Made by a program: the position numbers and the translations under genes. A stretch of 64,000 nucleotides of DNA from the human T2T-CHM13v2.0 reference genome, Homo sapiens, in the NCBI RefSeq assembly GCF_009914755.1, contig NC_060925.1. One strand, given 5' to 3'. The notes under the pieces were generated by a model that was given only the letters and a program-made list of their open reading frames with translations, was not told the DNA's origin and made no database searches. Shown here piece after piece: positions 29,830-44,372 of the stretch; the stretch's first letter is position 1; each line of letters starts with the position of its first letter.

Positions 29830-29980
29830 ACCACATGTACAGTCTACTTGTTCAAAGTGCTTTCACATAGTAATTTAATTTGATCCTGCCAGAAATCCCA
29901 TTAGACAGGCAGAGAAAATGTGGACACAGAAAGAAAAGGTGAGCTTCCCAAGGTCACTTAGCAAGGTTGTGGTGGAGGTC
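29830..29980 (-). mobile_element. MIR fragment
   Basis: CAAAGTGCTTTCACAT..ATTTGATCCT..CCCAAGGTCAC. Confidence 0.6.
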
Positions 29981-30184
29981 TCCGAGAAAGGGACAACAAT
30001 TCTGGCGAAAGAAAGCTACAGAAAGATTCATTGTCACTCAATCCAAAAGGAAAGTTTCCTCAGCCACAGCTGTGTTCAGGAGACAGAGAGCAACTTGCTC
30101 TCATGATACCCAGCTGTTGGTGGGCTGCAGGGCACCAAAGCTCTGGAGGGAACTGGAGGGCAAGATGAGGCTGGGATGGTTCTT

Positions 30185-30380
30185 TTTTTTTTTTAATTTT
30201 TTTAAAATTATGCTTTAAGTTCTAGGGTACATGTGCACAATGTGCAGGTTTGTTACACAGGTATATATGTGCCATATTGGTTGCTGCCCCCATTAACTCG
30301 TCATTTACATTAAGTATTTCTCCTAATGCTATCCCTCCCCCAGCCCCCCACCCCACGACAGGCCCCCGTGTGTGATGTTC
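30185..30380 (-). mobile_element. 5'-truncated L1PA (about PA6) 3' end
   Basis: TTTAAGTTCTAGGGTACATGTGCACAA...CCCCACGACAGGCCCC; degenerate 18-bp TSD at 30167-30184 and 30381-30398 (14/18). Confidence 0.9.
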
Positions 30381-30489
30381 GAGGCCAGGGTGATTCTTAT
30401 ATGTGATGACCTTCGCACTGCTTCTACTTCTGGAATTCCTGATTTTAGGAAGAAATTTCAATCGTTGGTCCTAAAGGAATCTGAGGCTT

Positions 30490-31196
30490 TGTAACTGCCC
30501 AGTGTGTTCACCTTGCCCACGGCCTACACAGAGCCAATTTATCAAAACAGGGGAATTGCAATGGAGAAAGAGTTATTCACACAGAGCCGACTGTGTGGGA
30601 GACCGGAGTTTTATTATTACTCAGATCAGTTTCCCCAAGCATACAGGGATCAGAGTTTTTAAAGATAATTTGGCAGGTGGAGGCTTGGGAAGTCAGGAGT
30701 GCTGATTGGTCAGGTTGGAGATGGAACCAAAGGGGGTCAAGGTGAGTTTTTCTTGCTGTTTTCTGTTCCTTGGTGGGATGGCAAAACTGATTGAGCCAGA
30801 TTACTGGTCTGGGTGGTGTCAGCTGATCCATCAAGTGCAGGGTCTGTAAAACATCTCAAGCACTGATCTTAGGTTTTAAAATTTGGGGCGGTTCAGACTC
30901 TTGGAGCCAGAGACTGCATGACCCCTAAACTGTAATTTCTCATCTTATAGCTAATTTGTTAGTCCTGCAAAGGTGAACTGGTTCCCAGGCAAGAAGGGTG
31001 GTCTTTTCAGGAAAGGGCTGTTATCAATTTTGTTTCAGAGTCAAATTATGAACTGAATTCCTTCCCAAAGTTAGTTTGGTCTATGCCCAGGAATGAACAA
31101 GGACAGCTTAAAGTTAGAAGCAAGATGGAGTTGGTTAGGTCTGATTTCTTTCACTGTCATAATTTCCTCAGTCATACTTTTGCAAAGGCCATTTCA
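30490..31196 (-). mobile_element. LTR8-family ERV1 solo LTR
   Basis: TGTAACTGCCC...GCAAGATGGAGTTGGTTAGGTC...TTTGCAAAGGCCATTTCA; 4-bp TSD GCTT. Confidence 0.9.
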
Positions 31197-31407
31197 GCTT
31201 GTAAATAAACAGCCAGATCTTAGCTTATCCCTCAACTCCCAATATGAGGATTGCAACTAGGAGCTGCTGCTTTGCTCTCCAGGTGTGTGTGTTGCTCTTT
31301 TGGGCCTCCCCTGAAGCTCCACCATCAGCCCCACCCCAGCCTGTAGACCCAGTGTTCAGTGCATCCTGGTCTCACCTGAATGATATTATGAGCTGCTGCT
31401 GGAGAAG

Positions 31408-32075
31408 GGTTCCAGTAGATAGTCAGGCAGATGGGAGCAGGACAAGAGGGGGCCCCTTCCCACACCTGTAATGTCAGGCAACCATCAGGTGATGGTCCGG
31501 TGGTTTGTTAACTGTCTCTCTAAAATAACAATTGGGCACAGCTGGCTCCAGGGAAAGGCAGTCTCCTAATAGATAGAAAACACTTAAAAGTGGTGATCAG
31601 CAGCTTCCTGATAAGATCTCAGGAGTTGAGCAAGTGGGCTCAAGCATGCACACTAAGAGGAAAATGGCAGAGTTTAACTGGTATGTGATCTTCTAGAAAC
31701 TTTCGGCTCGCAAGGGAGGAATGCCTCAAGTGAGCATGCGTACAACTCCCATAAACACACTGCGCATGCAGACAGCCCATTCCAAGGGAACAATCAGGGA
31801 AAGAGGGATTCAATCTCAGAAGCATGCCAGTGTATAAGACCCCAAGTCAAATGTCAAACTGTGCACTTGATCTCTCAACTTGCCTGCTTGGTCCTTTTCC
31901 AAGTATGTTTTACTTTTTTTCGTTCCTGCTCTAAAGCTTTTTAATGAACTTTCATTCCTGCTCTAAAACTTGCCAGGACTTTTTTTCTGCTTTATACCCC
32001 TTGGCCAAATTCTTTCTTCTGAGGAGGCAAGAACTGAGGTTGTTGCAGACCCATATGGATTCTCCACCGCTAACA
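31408..32075 (+). mobile_element. MER50-like ERV1 solo LTR
   Basis: CAGCTTCCTGATAAGATCTCAGGAG, CACTGCGCATGC, TATAAGACCCCAAGTCAAA, ends CCGCTAACA; TSD GAAG/GACG. Confidence 0.85.
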
Positions 32076-32274
32076 GACGCACCCAACATGCTCTCTAGCT
32101 TGTGCTGCCAGGAGTAGTCTGCCCAATTTGCCCTGTGCTCATGGCTGCCTCAGCTGAGCTGTGGCTGCCTTCTCCAAGCCATGGCCAACTCCCCCAGGCC
32201 TCCACCTGCCCCTCAGCTTGGACTTCCCAGTCAGAAATTCACACTCAACACCAAAGGGAAGACTGATTTTTCTA

Positions 32275-32769
<495 letters not shown>

Positions 32770-33288
32770 TTAAAAGTTACAGTTACTTAGCCAATTAGAC
32801 ATACACATTTTAAACATAGCATTGACATCTCATGTCTTCTACTCATATTATATTCTGTTCCATTAGACACCTAAATTATTCTATTATAAGAAATTCGCAT
32901 CAGGCAGTTTAACAACTAAGATCTGCAGGCTTTAATTACTTCGGAGATATTTGAGCAACCAAAGAAAGTCTTACTACAAAATGGAGCTTATTTAAGGGGC
33001 TCTAGGCCCTGAAAAGAATCTGACTAGCAAATCAGGTAGTTAGCTTTTTGCCTACAGAGCCCTTGATGGAGTACACACCTCACAGATGCTCCCATTGTCT
33101 CTCAGTCTGGTATGTGCAGTTTTGTTTTTCTAAACACTTTCCTTTTCAATTACCCAAAGCCCCCTCAGCTTCCCTTACCTGATTAACTTCTACTTACCCT
33201 TCAGGTCTCAGTTTAGATACTATTTCCCTTGGGAAACTTTTCTTGACCTTCAAGAATAAATTGAATGGACCCTAGAGGACTGCCTTGA

Positions 33289-33625
<337 letters not shown>

Positions 33626-33669
33626 TCAAAAGAACTGAATTTAATGTTCCTCTTGAATCTTCCTAACGG

Positions 33670-33785
33670 AGCTGTCACGCTCAGTAGAGCATTTGTGCAC
33701 CACACAACCCTAGGGGAGACCATTTACATCTAAGACTATGTGTGGTGCAATGCGCAACCAATACAACTCTGTGTGGCTTCCCTGC
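33670..33785. mobile_element. MER91-like hAT MITE remnant
   Basis: TTGTGCACCACACAACCCTAGGGGAGACCATTTACAT..GACTATG..GTGCAATGCGCAACC. Confidence 0.5.
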
Positions 33786-33789
33786 TCCC

Positions 33790-33968
33790 ATAGCCTGTGT
33801 ACTCTGAGTGCCATCTGCCCTTGCATAGTGAGGGCGTGTTTACTCAACTCTTTCCTGTACTGACTGCAAGTTTCTTGAGGAAAAGAAACTGGACTTGATC
33901 ATTGTTATATCCCCAGAATCTAAAACGGATCTTGGCATGTAGTAAGCATTCAATAAATGTTTGATAAT
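33790..33968 (+). mobile_element. L2 3' end
   Basis: GACTGCAAGTTTCTTGAGG...GGCATGTAGTAAGCATTCAATAAATGTTTG. Confidence 0.7.
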
Positions 33969-34162
33969 TAACTTACAAATAATGTTTTAAAAATTATTAA
34001 GCCCACAAATACCTCAGAACAAAAATCATCACTGCTTCTTGCTTTCTATTTTGCCTTCTTCCGTTTCTTTCCCTATCTTCTGCTACCCATCAGTCAATAG
34101 CCGCACCTGAGCCCTATAAGTACCTGCTGTTCTATCACTGAGCAGGGAAAGCCTTTCACGAT

Positions 34163-34643
34163 TGTATTAGTTTCCTAAGGCTGCTGTAACGAAGTACCAC
34201 AAATGATGTTGTTTAAAATGACAGCGACTTATTGTCTCACACTTCTGGAGGCTAAACTTTCAAAATTAAGATGTTGGCAGGGCCATGTTGCCTCGGAAAC
34301 ACGGAGAAAAAACATTCTTTTTTTTGCCTCTTCTAGCTTCTTTTTTTTTTTTTCTGGTCATCTTTGGCATTCCTTAGCTTGTAGATGCATCACTTCAAAC
34401 CTCTGCCTCTGTTGTCATCAGACCATCTTTGCCCTCTGTGTCTCTGTGATGTCACATGATCATCTTAAAGGACGCTGATCATATTAGGCTAGGTACATCC
34501 TAATGATTTCATCTTAATTTGATTAAATCTGCAAAGACCCTATATCCAAATAAAGTTACATTCATAAGTACTAGAGGTTAGGATTTCATATATTGAGTTC
34601 TCTATATATCCTTTAGAGGAGGGACACAATTCAACCCATAACA
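34163..34643 (-). mobile_element. MLT1B/C MaLR solo LTR
   Basis: TGTATTAGTTTCCTAAGGCTGCTGTAAC...GGACACAATTCAACCCATAACA. Confidence 0.88.
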
Positions 34644-34653
34644 ATGACACAGA

Positions 34654-35153
<500 letters not shown>

Positions 35154-35160
35154 GTGTAGG

Positions 35161-35305
35161 ACCTTGCAACTCAAAATGCAGTCCTTGGACTAGGAGCATC
35201 AGCATCACCAGGGGCCCTGGGAGAAATGCAGACCCTCTCCTGGACCATGCCCCAGGCTTTCTGAATGAGAATCTACATTCTAACATTAAAGTTGGAGAAG
35301 CCTTG
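35161..35305. mobile_element. MER5A1-like MITE
   Basis: ACTCAAAATGCAGTCC..GCATCAGCATCACC..AGAAATGCAGA..AAAGTTGGAGAAGC. Confidence 0.7.
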
Positions 35306-36249
35306 ATCTAGGAGGCACTGCCCCAGAACAAGCTGGAAAGTCAGCTAGCCTCCGCTATAGAAGGAAGTTTCTATAAAGTCAAGCCAGTAGGCTCAGTTCA
35401 GTCAAGTTGGCCTTCTCATAGAGGTCTCTAAGAACCTCAATTGGTATCTGGCTCTCAGAAGAGTTTCTATTGGGTCCACATCCTAAAACCTGCTCATTCC
35501 TGGGAGATACCAGGAAGTCATGCCTGAGGTCTCATTTTCAGACAAGCAACAGAACATAAGGTTGCACACACCACCTTTGCTAAAGAGACAATAAGGCTTA
35601 TTCAAAGAAGCCAATGAAACATACACTCAGAGATGGTGACAGGCCAGAGGGAATTAAGAGACCTGCAGAGGCACAAAAGAGGAGATAAGTAAAATGTATT
35701 ACGAAGGAGTTTTCTTGGCGCTTTGCCTGATCTACTGACTTATTTTTATTTCTTACAGTGCAGTTTTGTGGATAACTATTTATTTTCATGACTGCTTTAA
35801 TTGGAGAAACAGGTTCACTTTGTTGTGATAAGGTTTGTGTTTCAAAAGCAAGGAAGAAAGTAGAAAACAATACAGTTCCTGTGAGTTCCTCTGAATGCAC
35901 TGAAAGATTGTGCAATTCTCTCTAATATAGTTCCCAGTGATATTTTTTGGGGTGAGGCATTTGCTCTGGAAAAGAATGGTTTAAGTAGTTCCTATTATGG
36001 TTTCTAAATAAAGAGCCAAGCCCTGAACTGACCCCTGAACTAATGTGACAGAAAGCTCTGGCATTCAAAATGGCTGCAGTGCTTTGGGCCACACCTCTCT
36101 TCACTGGGCCGGGTCCATAACCTTCCAGCTGCTCTGAACCTGAGCCGGAGTTGTTTGCTAATTACCTATTCGTTTGCACCCATTGTCCACTGCCAGAAGA
36201 TACACCTCCAAAGTCAGTTTCTCTTGTGAAAATTTGACTAACAAGCAGT

Positions 36250-36395
36250 GGCATATTAGAATTTCAGAGCTGACACCCACCTGACAACATCAACTCCAAT
36301 CTCTCCTTCTTATAGGTACAGGGAAAGAAAGTGACTCAATGTGGCTCATGTAACCAGCCTGTGGCAGAACCTGGAGTCAATCCCAGGTCTATGGT
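36250..36395 (-). mobile_element. MIR fragment
   Basis: AGAATTTCAGAGCTG...GTGGCAGAACCTGGAGTCAATCCCAGGTCT. Confidence 0.55.
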
Positions 36396-36719
36396 CACTT
36401 CCAGCACTTCCCATGCCACCTCTTTATCCTGCCCTCTCCCTTGGAGATGAACTGACTTTGGAATTAACCATAAATTACCTGCCACAAACCCTCAGCAGCT
36501 TACACTTGAGTTCTCTGTTCCTAACCAACCCAAGCTATGGTATTGGCACAGAATTCTGTTTCTAGGGCTATGCCAGGTCAGGGATACACACAGCACCCAA
36601 AAATCATGCTATAGAAGGCTATAATGCAAGTCTGGCTCTTCTGGAGCAGGTACATGAATGGAGCCAGCCTGCCATACTAGGTTCTATGGGAAACTGGGAG
36701 CACATACCCCATGTAGCAG

Positions 36720-36920
36720 GGAAGCCAATACTTACCTCCAATAGCCAGGAGCCTTTGGGATTGAGGACCCAGTGTTGCCAGTCATAGCTATTTTTAAGAG
36801 ATGTTAGAATTTTGTTTGTTTATATGTGAAATCACTTGCATTTTAAATATTGGCTCAGATTTTTAAATGTCTTTTAAAACACTGGCAGGCTAAACAAAAT
36901 CCAGCCCATGGGCTGCCAAT
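36720..36920. mobile_element. MER103C-like hAT fragment
   Basis: GTTGCCAG..TATGTGAAATC..TTTTAAATATTGGC..AAACAAAA..CAGCCCATGGGCTGCCA. Confidence 0.6.
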
Positions 36921-37158
36921 TCATCCTCTGCAGCATAGTAACAGTGAGGGATGAATGCTAAAGCCAGGCAGACCAGTGTGAATCCTGGCTCAGACCCTTG
37001 GTATGGCCATGGGTAAGGGAACCTCCCAGCCCTTCTACCTCCTAGCACTAATGGTCCAATCTCATAGCATTCTTGGGAAGACTGCAGTAATATAGGTGAA
37101 GCACTTAATGTGCTGCCAGTTACATCAGTACGCAAGAAAAGTTAGCACCGCCATTATA
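36921..37158 (+). mobile_element. MIR
   Basis: CAGACCAGTGTGAATCCTGGCTC...GAAGCACTTA..GTGC. Confidence 0.65.
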
Positions 37159-37832
37159 ATAACCCTGAATCATAAAGACCTGAATGCCCTTAGTCAGAGC
37201 ACCACCCAGAAAGCTCTCTAAGGCAAAGCCAGCACTCGTCTGCTAAAAGCCCTCTGTCCCTCTCAGCTAATTTCTGAACCAGTATCTTCCATGGCTTTGT
37301 GATCCCTGCTGGGAATTCAATGTTAAGGTAACATAGCAGCTTGTCATGTACTTCCCTGTGGCGTTTCTCTCTGGGGAGACAGAGACAAATGGAAAGAATG
37401 GACAAGGCGGGCTGCTCAAAGCACTCTGGATAGCCTTGGAGGATGCATGGACAGAGGAAAGCCCAGCTTCAGCCAGGAGGCCCCAGGGTGTTTGTTCCAG
37501 CAGATAAACATCCTTCCAGGAACAGTTTAGATCATCTGATATAAAAAAGTGGCCTCTGACCCAAGGCAGTTTTGTTCTGTTCTTTCTCAGCCAGTCAAGT
37601 GTAAGTGAAGAATGTGGCTGAGATTGGGATCTGGCCTGGAGTGCCTCACAGGGGGACACGACGGTTTAAATGCGGCTGAACCTTCTTTGGAATGCTGCCT
37701 GACTGGTGCTTCAGGTGTTACTTAAATTCTTAGCAAAGACAAAAGGAATCGAAAACAAGGTATACTAAACTGACCATTGTGCTATAGGGGCCTAAGGAAA
37801 GCTTCCCCTCCCCACTCTAAAATTTCACTGAG

Positions 37833-38175
<343 letters not shown>

Positions 38176-38437
38176 TCACAAAAGGCAGATTGATTGAAGA
38201 AAAGGCATACAAATTTATTAACATGCACACAGAATGAATTGCAGAGTGATTACCCCACCCCAACGGGATTCAGAAACTTATGTACCATCCTGGCAAAATA
38301 GGTTATGGGGTGATGGAGAAGAGAAATTCTGTTATGGGAATTGCTGGAGAGAATGAATGGTTCAAGGAACAGAGATGAACTTGTATGTTATCTTGTGAAA
38401 GGATCTGTTCAGGATCTCAGACAGATGAAGAAACTTC

Positions 38438-38572
38438 TTTTTTTTTCTTTTTAGTAGAGATGGGGTTTCACCATGTTGGCCAGGCTGGTCCTGAGCTCCT
38501 GGCCTCAAGTGATCCGCCCACCTCGACCTCCCAAACTGCTGGAATTACAGGCGTGAGAGACCATGTCTGGCC
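38438..38572 (-). mobile_element. Alu left monomer only
   Basis: Left arm ending at the A-rich linker; degenerate TSD AGAT..A..AACTT. Confidence 0.85.
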
Positions 38573-39384
38573 AGATAAATGAACTTCAACATCATCCTGT
38601 CTTTGGGACAGACTGGGGGGGCCAGATGGGGAAGATCAGAGAGACCTTGAGGCTTCTTCAGTTAAGTATGTCAATGAGCATATTTTGAGGTATCAGTTTG
38701 TGAGCCCCAACAATGTTTTGGTATAGGGGGTCTTACGGAAATGCAGGGAAATTTGATTTCACTTACCACAGGATCAGAGATGTATTTCTTTCATGGGTAC
38801 CACAGCTGCTAAACCAAGCAGGTCTTCTCAGGACATAACCCACAGTGAGCATGTTAGGATGCAGGAACATGTGCAGGGCTCTGGCAAGAGGTACTGAAAC
38901 ATTGAAAACGGCCTTGATAGAGTATCTCTCTTTGAAAGAGGTTTAAAAAAGATACACTAAAAGTTATTTTGCTTAACACTGTCCATATAAACCAAAGAGG
39001 GCATTGAAATTACCAATGGCCCTGTATCTCTTGGGCAACAGATAAGGCCTATTTTCAAGATATATCTTTCCGTAGATCCTACTGTCCTGAATAATTTGTA
39101 GATTCCTGATGTATTGAATATTGAGAAATGCTTTTTAGTCTATGTCCAGTTATTTTCATGGATGTTGAAGAAAATAGACTAAGAGGAAGGGTTTAATATT
39201 TATGCAGCTACAAGTGTCCATTTTTCCCCCAGAAAATATACTACATAACACACACACTCTTTTCTTTTTTTTGGCATTATACAATTCTCTTCTCAGTGCT
39301 ACAAAAGAACTAATTATTCACAGCAAGGAAAGCATGCTGTAATATAGTTGCAAGGGGCATTTTGTCTAGTTGTTAATTAGCCAA

Positions 39385-39608
39385 GTTTTTGGTGTCAGAC
39401 AGAATTGAGTTTCAAATCTCACTCCACCACTTCCTAGATTTGAACTTGGGCAAATTATTTAGCCTTTCTAATCTTAGTTTCTCATAGCTATAAAATGAAG
39501 CTAATAACAGGATCTCTGCAAAGATTGTTATGAAAATTAAATGAGCTAATAGTTATATAGCATTTAGCAGGATTTGGCACATAATAGTGCTAAATCAATG
39601 GTAACTAT
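39385..39608 (+). mobile_element. MIR
   Basis: TCAGACAGA..CTTGGGCAAATTATTTAGCC..TATAAAATG..GTGCTAAAT. Confidence 0.8.
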
Positions 39609-40040
39609 TGTGAAACCAGAAAATCTGAGACAGATCTCGGTTAATTTAGAAAGTTTATTTTGCCAAGGTTGAGGATGCACTGGGACACAGCCTCAGGAAG
39701 TCCTGATGATATGTGCCCAAGGTGACCGGGGCACAGCTTGGTTTTATACATTTTAGGGAGACATGAGGTATCAGTCAATATATGTAAGAAGTACGTTCGT
39801 TCCATCCAGAAAGGTAGGGACAACTCAAAGCAAGGCCCCCCCACTGGGGGCTTCCAGATCACAGGTAGGTGAGAGACAGATGGTTGCATTCTTTTGAGTT
39901 TCTGGTAAGTCTTTCCGAAAGAGGCAATCAGAATATACACCTATCTCTGTGAGCAGAGGGATGACTTTGAATAGACTGGGAGGCAGATTTGCCCTGAGCA
40001 GTTCCCAGCTTGAAGGGGCCCAAGATATTTTCCTTTCACA
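39609..40040 (-). mobile_element. MER4A/MER4A1 ERV1 solo LTR
   Basis: Reverse-complement homologue of 17387-17819, ends TTTTCCTTTCACA; 4-bp TSD CTAT. Confidence 0.9.
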
Positions 40041-40154
40041 CTATTATTAAAATTTCCCTCCAATTTAACTCTTTCAATAAAACTCACATAACCAGTGTTT
40101 TCTTAAGGTGAGGTATACCTGTACTCAAGATGTGCTTAAATTCTGGTGAAGGAA

Positions 40155-40858
40155 TGTTGAAAGAAATAAACAATTTCCTATGCCACTCAAAAGACCACAA
40201 GGATGGCTAAATAGTAGAAAGGCAAGTTTACTGGCAACATCAGTTTGCAAAACGGGAAGAGTCAGTCTTCAGTGTGTACCAACGGTATCCTCTCTTTGAA
40301 AAGGGAAAGGGCAGGTTGGGTTTTATGCCTCACAGGATCTGTATTACATAATAGTCATACATATTTAGCAGGTCTGGGGGGAAAGCCATACTTCTTTATG
40401 AGAGGAGTTGAGTGCATGCACAATGGGCAAACATATATATATAACACGCATCTCATGTTCATGTAGGGGCAGGGTTTTAGTATTAAAATGCGGTAGAGTT
40501 TGGCCCTTTACGACAAAAGGTAAACTATAGGACACAAAGACATAGAGATTGTGTGTAGTCTCTGTAAGCCAGCTGAAACTGGCTTGAGGTCTGCAGTTGC
40601 TAATCAGAAAAGAATGCTTTTCCTCTGTCCAATCAGAGTTGTAGTGATCTGCGTTGTAAATCAGAGTTAGGAATTTGCCTGATAGCACCTATTGTTAGGG
40701 AGTTTAACATGCTCAAGGTTTTTCTTGTAGTCAGAATTTAGGAAGTTGCTGTGCCAGCCAAGCTCTGGACCCTTGACTCACAGGTAACTTTTGTTTTCTT
40801 AACCTTGGGATCCATCTTAGTTGATAAAAGGGCATCTATTTTGGTCCCGCAGATCACA
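40155..40858 (-). mobile_element. ERV1 solo LTR, LTR39-like
   Basis: Minus strand starts TGTGATCTG..GACCAAAATAGATGCCC..TATCAACTAAGATGG; left boundary approximate, no clear TSD. Confidence 0.7.
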
Positions 40859-41281
40859 TCTACTAGTCTGCATTGCTCATATTGCAGTTAGGATCCAGTC
40901 TCAATGAAGTCTGGCTACATAGTCTCAATGACAGCCTTGGAAACTCCTCCAGGGGTCATGAACATAGAATGGCCTTTCATAGTTTCCTGAGTTGGAGCAA
41001 GACAGCACAAGGGCAAATACAAATCAGAAATAAGAGTCTTAATTCTTATTTCAATTCCTGTAATTGAAAATAAGGGAAGAGTTCTCCCCATTTCCCTTTA
41101 ATTTTCAGAATTTATCTATCCTTTGCAACTGTATATAAATCTTTATAGTAGCTAAGTAAGATTCTTGCCAGTCTCATAACTCAGAAATATTTCCTCAAGA
41201 ACCTCAAAGCCATCTTTTTAAATGCAAACATCAGGAAAAAATTGCTTTTCTATCTTCCACTTCTATGGAAGAGTTAGAATC

Positions 41282-41841
41282 TGATGGGGCTCAGGACACA
41301 ACACTCAAAAAAAGACTGTAGGAAACTAGAATATGTCACCCGAAAATATGCCTCTTTGGCATATTGATTATTTTGAGCTGGTTATTTTGAGAAACTGAAG
41401 ACACAGGAGTAGCTCTGAAAAGATGGATGTTCATAAGAGAAACATATATCTGCAAAGGAAATCACCATTTGCAAGGGTCTCTTCATCTTTGCACCAGGAA
41501 AAGAAGACTAAATCACTAGAGACTCTTAAACAATGGAGAAGGTATCTACTTAAATCTGCAAAACAAACCTTACCTTTGTTTAAGATGCTTTCCCAGGTCA
41601 TTTCATCTAAACCAGGCCCTCCTCCACATCTTTCCTTCCAGAGAAAGATGGCATCTAAGCCTGAAATTTAAATGCTTTCTTTGAGATATACTCCAGAGAT
41701 TTACTGATTTCTCTGGGTTTTCTCCCATGTGTATGTGAGGTATACATTTTAATAAGCTTCTGTCTGTATTTCTCTTGTTAATCTATCTTTTGTTATAGGA
41801 AGTCCCAGTTTAGAGAACATTATTTTTTTTCCTCCCCTACT
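41282..41841 (+). mobile_element. MER34-family LTR nested in the outer LTR
   Basis: TGATGGGGCTCAGGAC..AATATGCCTCTTTGGCATATTGATTATTTTGAGCTG..CCTCCCCTAC. Confidence 0.8.
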
Positions 41842-42057
41842 AGCCTAACTTTAGTGAGTACTTAGTGCCTTGCAAAACTATGTCCTGTTGGAAAGAGATA
41901 AGAAACTTGTTTCTCCTCTGGATAAAACCAACATAGGTGGTCCCTCAATTACCATGATAAAGTTAGGATAAATGATGTGTGACAAGTCGTCTTACTTGAG
42001 AACTAGTTATTATTTATCTCAAAAACAGGTTCATAATTGTCGTATCTGCTTGGCTAT

Positions 42058-42773
<716 letters not shown>

Positions 42774-42945
42774 TAAAGGGGTATAATACCTTTTTGTCTC
42801 TGCAGTCTCTTAGTGGATTGCCTGTGATGTGTATCACATTCTGGTTTAATGCTTATTTAATAACACAACTGTTTTTTTCCTCCACTATCTTCATGCAGAG
42901 GTTTTCTGGGCAGAAAGAAGATGTTTTCAAAAAATTATATTTCCC

Positions 42946-43282
<337 letters not shown>

Positions 43283-43855
43283 TCACTAGATGTGGGTCAC
43301 CTGAAGAAAGGGGGTACCCTAGATGTGCAAGCATCCTGCAGTGAAAGCAGCTGAAGGTCATCTGCCAACAGCACTCCCAGCAGCTGGGACAAGAAGCCCT
43401 TCTTTGAAGGGGCAGCAGAGTGGTAATCACAGTTTTCATTATAGCTTGGTTATACTGTTTTGTTTTGTTTAACTGCATTTTTCTTTCAAACTGCTCTCAA
43501 CACTTCACAAACTAGCACATTTTTCTCACCCACTTGCTGAAGTCTCTTAAGAAGTGAAGTTCTCCTTGCCCTTCTCATGCCTATTTTTCATAATGAAAAG
43601 TGACATATGACAAGCCAGTGACAGTCACAGATAATCATACAGGTCTTCTGCTACTATAATATTGCTTACTCTTTATTTTGCTACCATAAACAGACGCTGT
43701 GAAGCCAAACCTGAAAACTGTTTTGGTTTTGTTTTCTGGAGAATGACTTCTCAGAGCTCTGCCCCATGACAAGAGCTTCATGAACTTTCTCAGGCATATT
43801 CTACTCCCACGCTCCAGTACCAAAACTAAGATTTTGTAAGAGTACATGAGCATGT

Positions 43856-44372
43856 TGTATTAGTCAGCTTTTCAGAGAAATAGAATAATAGGATATATAC
43901 AGGCAAATATAGAAAGAGATTTATTATGTGGGTTTAACTCACATAATTATAAAACTAAGCCCCACAATCTGCTGCCTGCAAATTGGAGCTGCACAATGAC
44001 AGTGACATAGTTCCAGTCCAAGCCTGAAAGCCTGACAACCAGGGCAGCAAGTTGTGTAAGTTCTAGTCCAATTTCAAAGGCACAAGAACCAGGGCTACTG
44101 ATGTCTGAGGGCGGGAGAAGATGGATGTCCTAGCTAAACAAAAGAGAGAAAATGCACCCTCCCTCTGCCTTTTTGTTCTATTTTGGCCATCTTCAGATTG
44201 GATGACACTGACCCTCATTGGTGAGGGCTGATCTTCTTAATTTTGCATACGTATATTCTGATGCTAACGTCTTCCAGGAACACCTTCACAGACAGACCCA
44301 GAAATAATGTTTTCACCAGACACCTGGGCATGCCTAGCCCAGTCAAGTTGACACATAAAATTAACTATCACG
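43856..44372 (-). mobile_element. MLT2B-type ERVL solo LTR
   Basis: TGTATTAGTCAG..CAGAGAAATAGAA...CAGTCAAGTTGACACATAAAATTAACTATCAC; TSD CATGT/AATGT. Confidence 0.88.

Noticed and set aside
33690-33730. CTCF motif in the MER91-like element
   Set aside because: The core reads CTAGGGGAGACC instead of CTAGGGGGCGCC and looks decayed.
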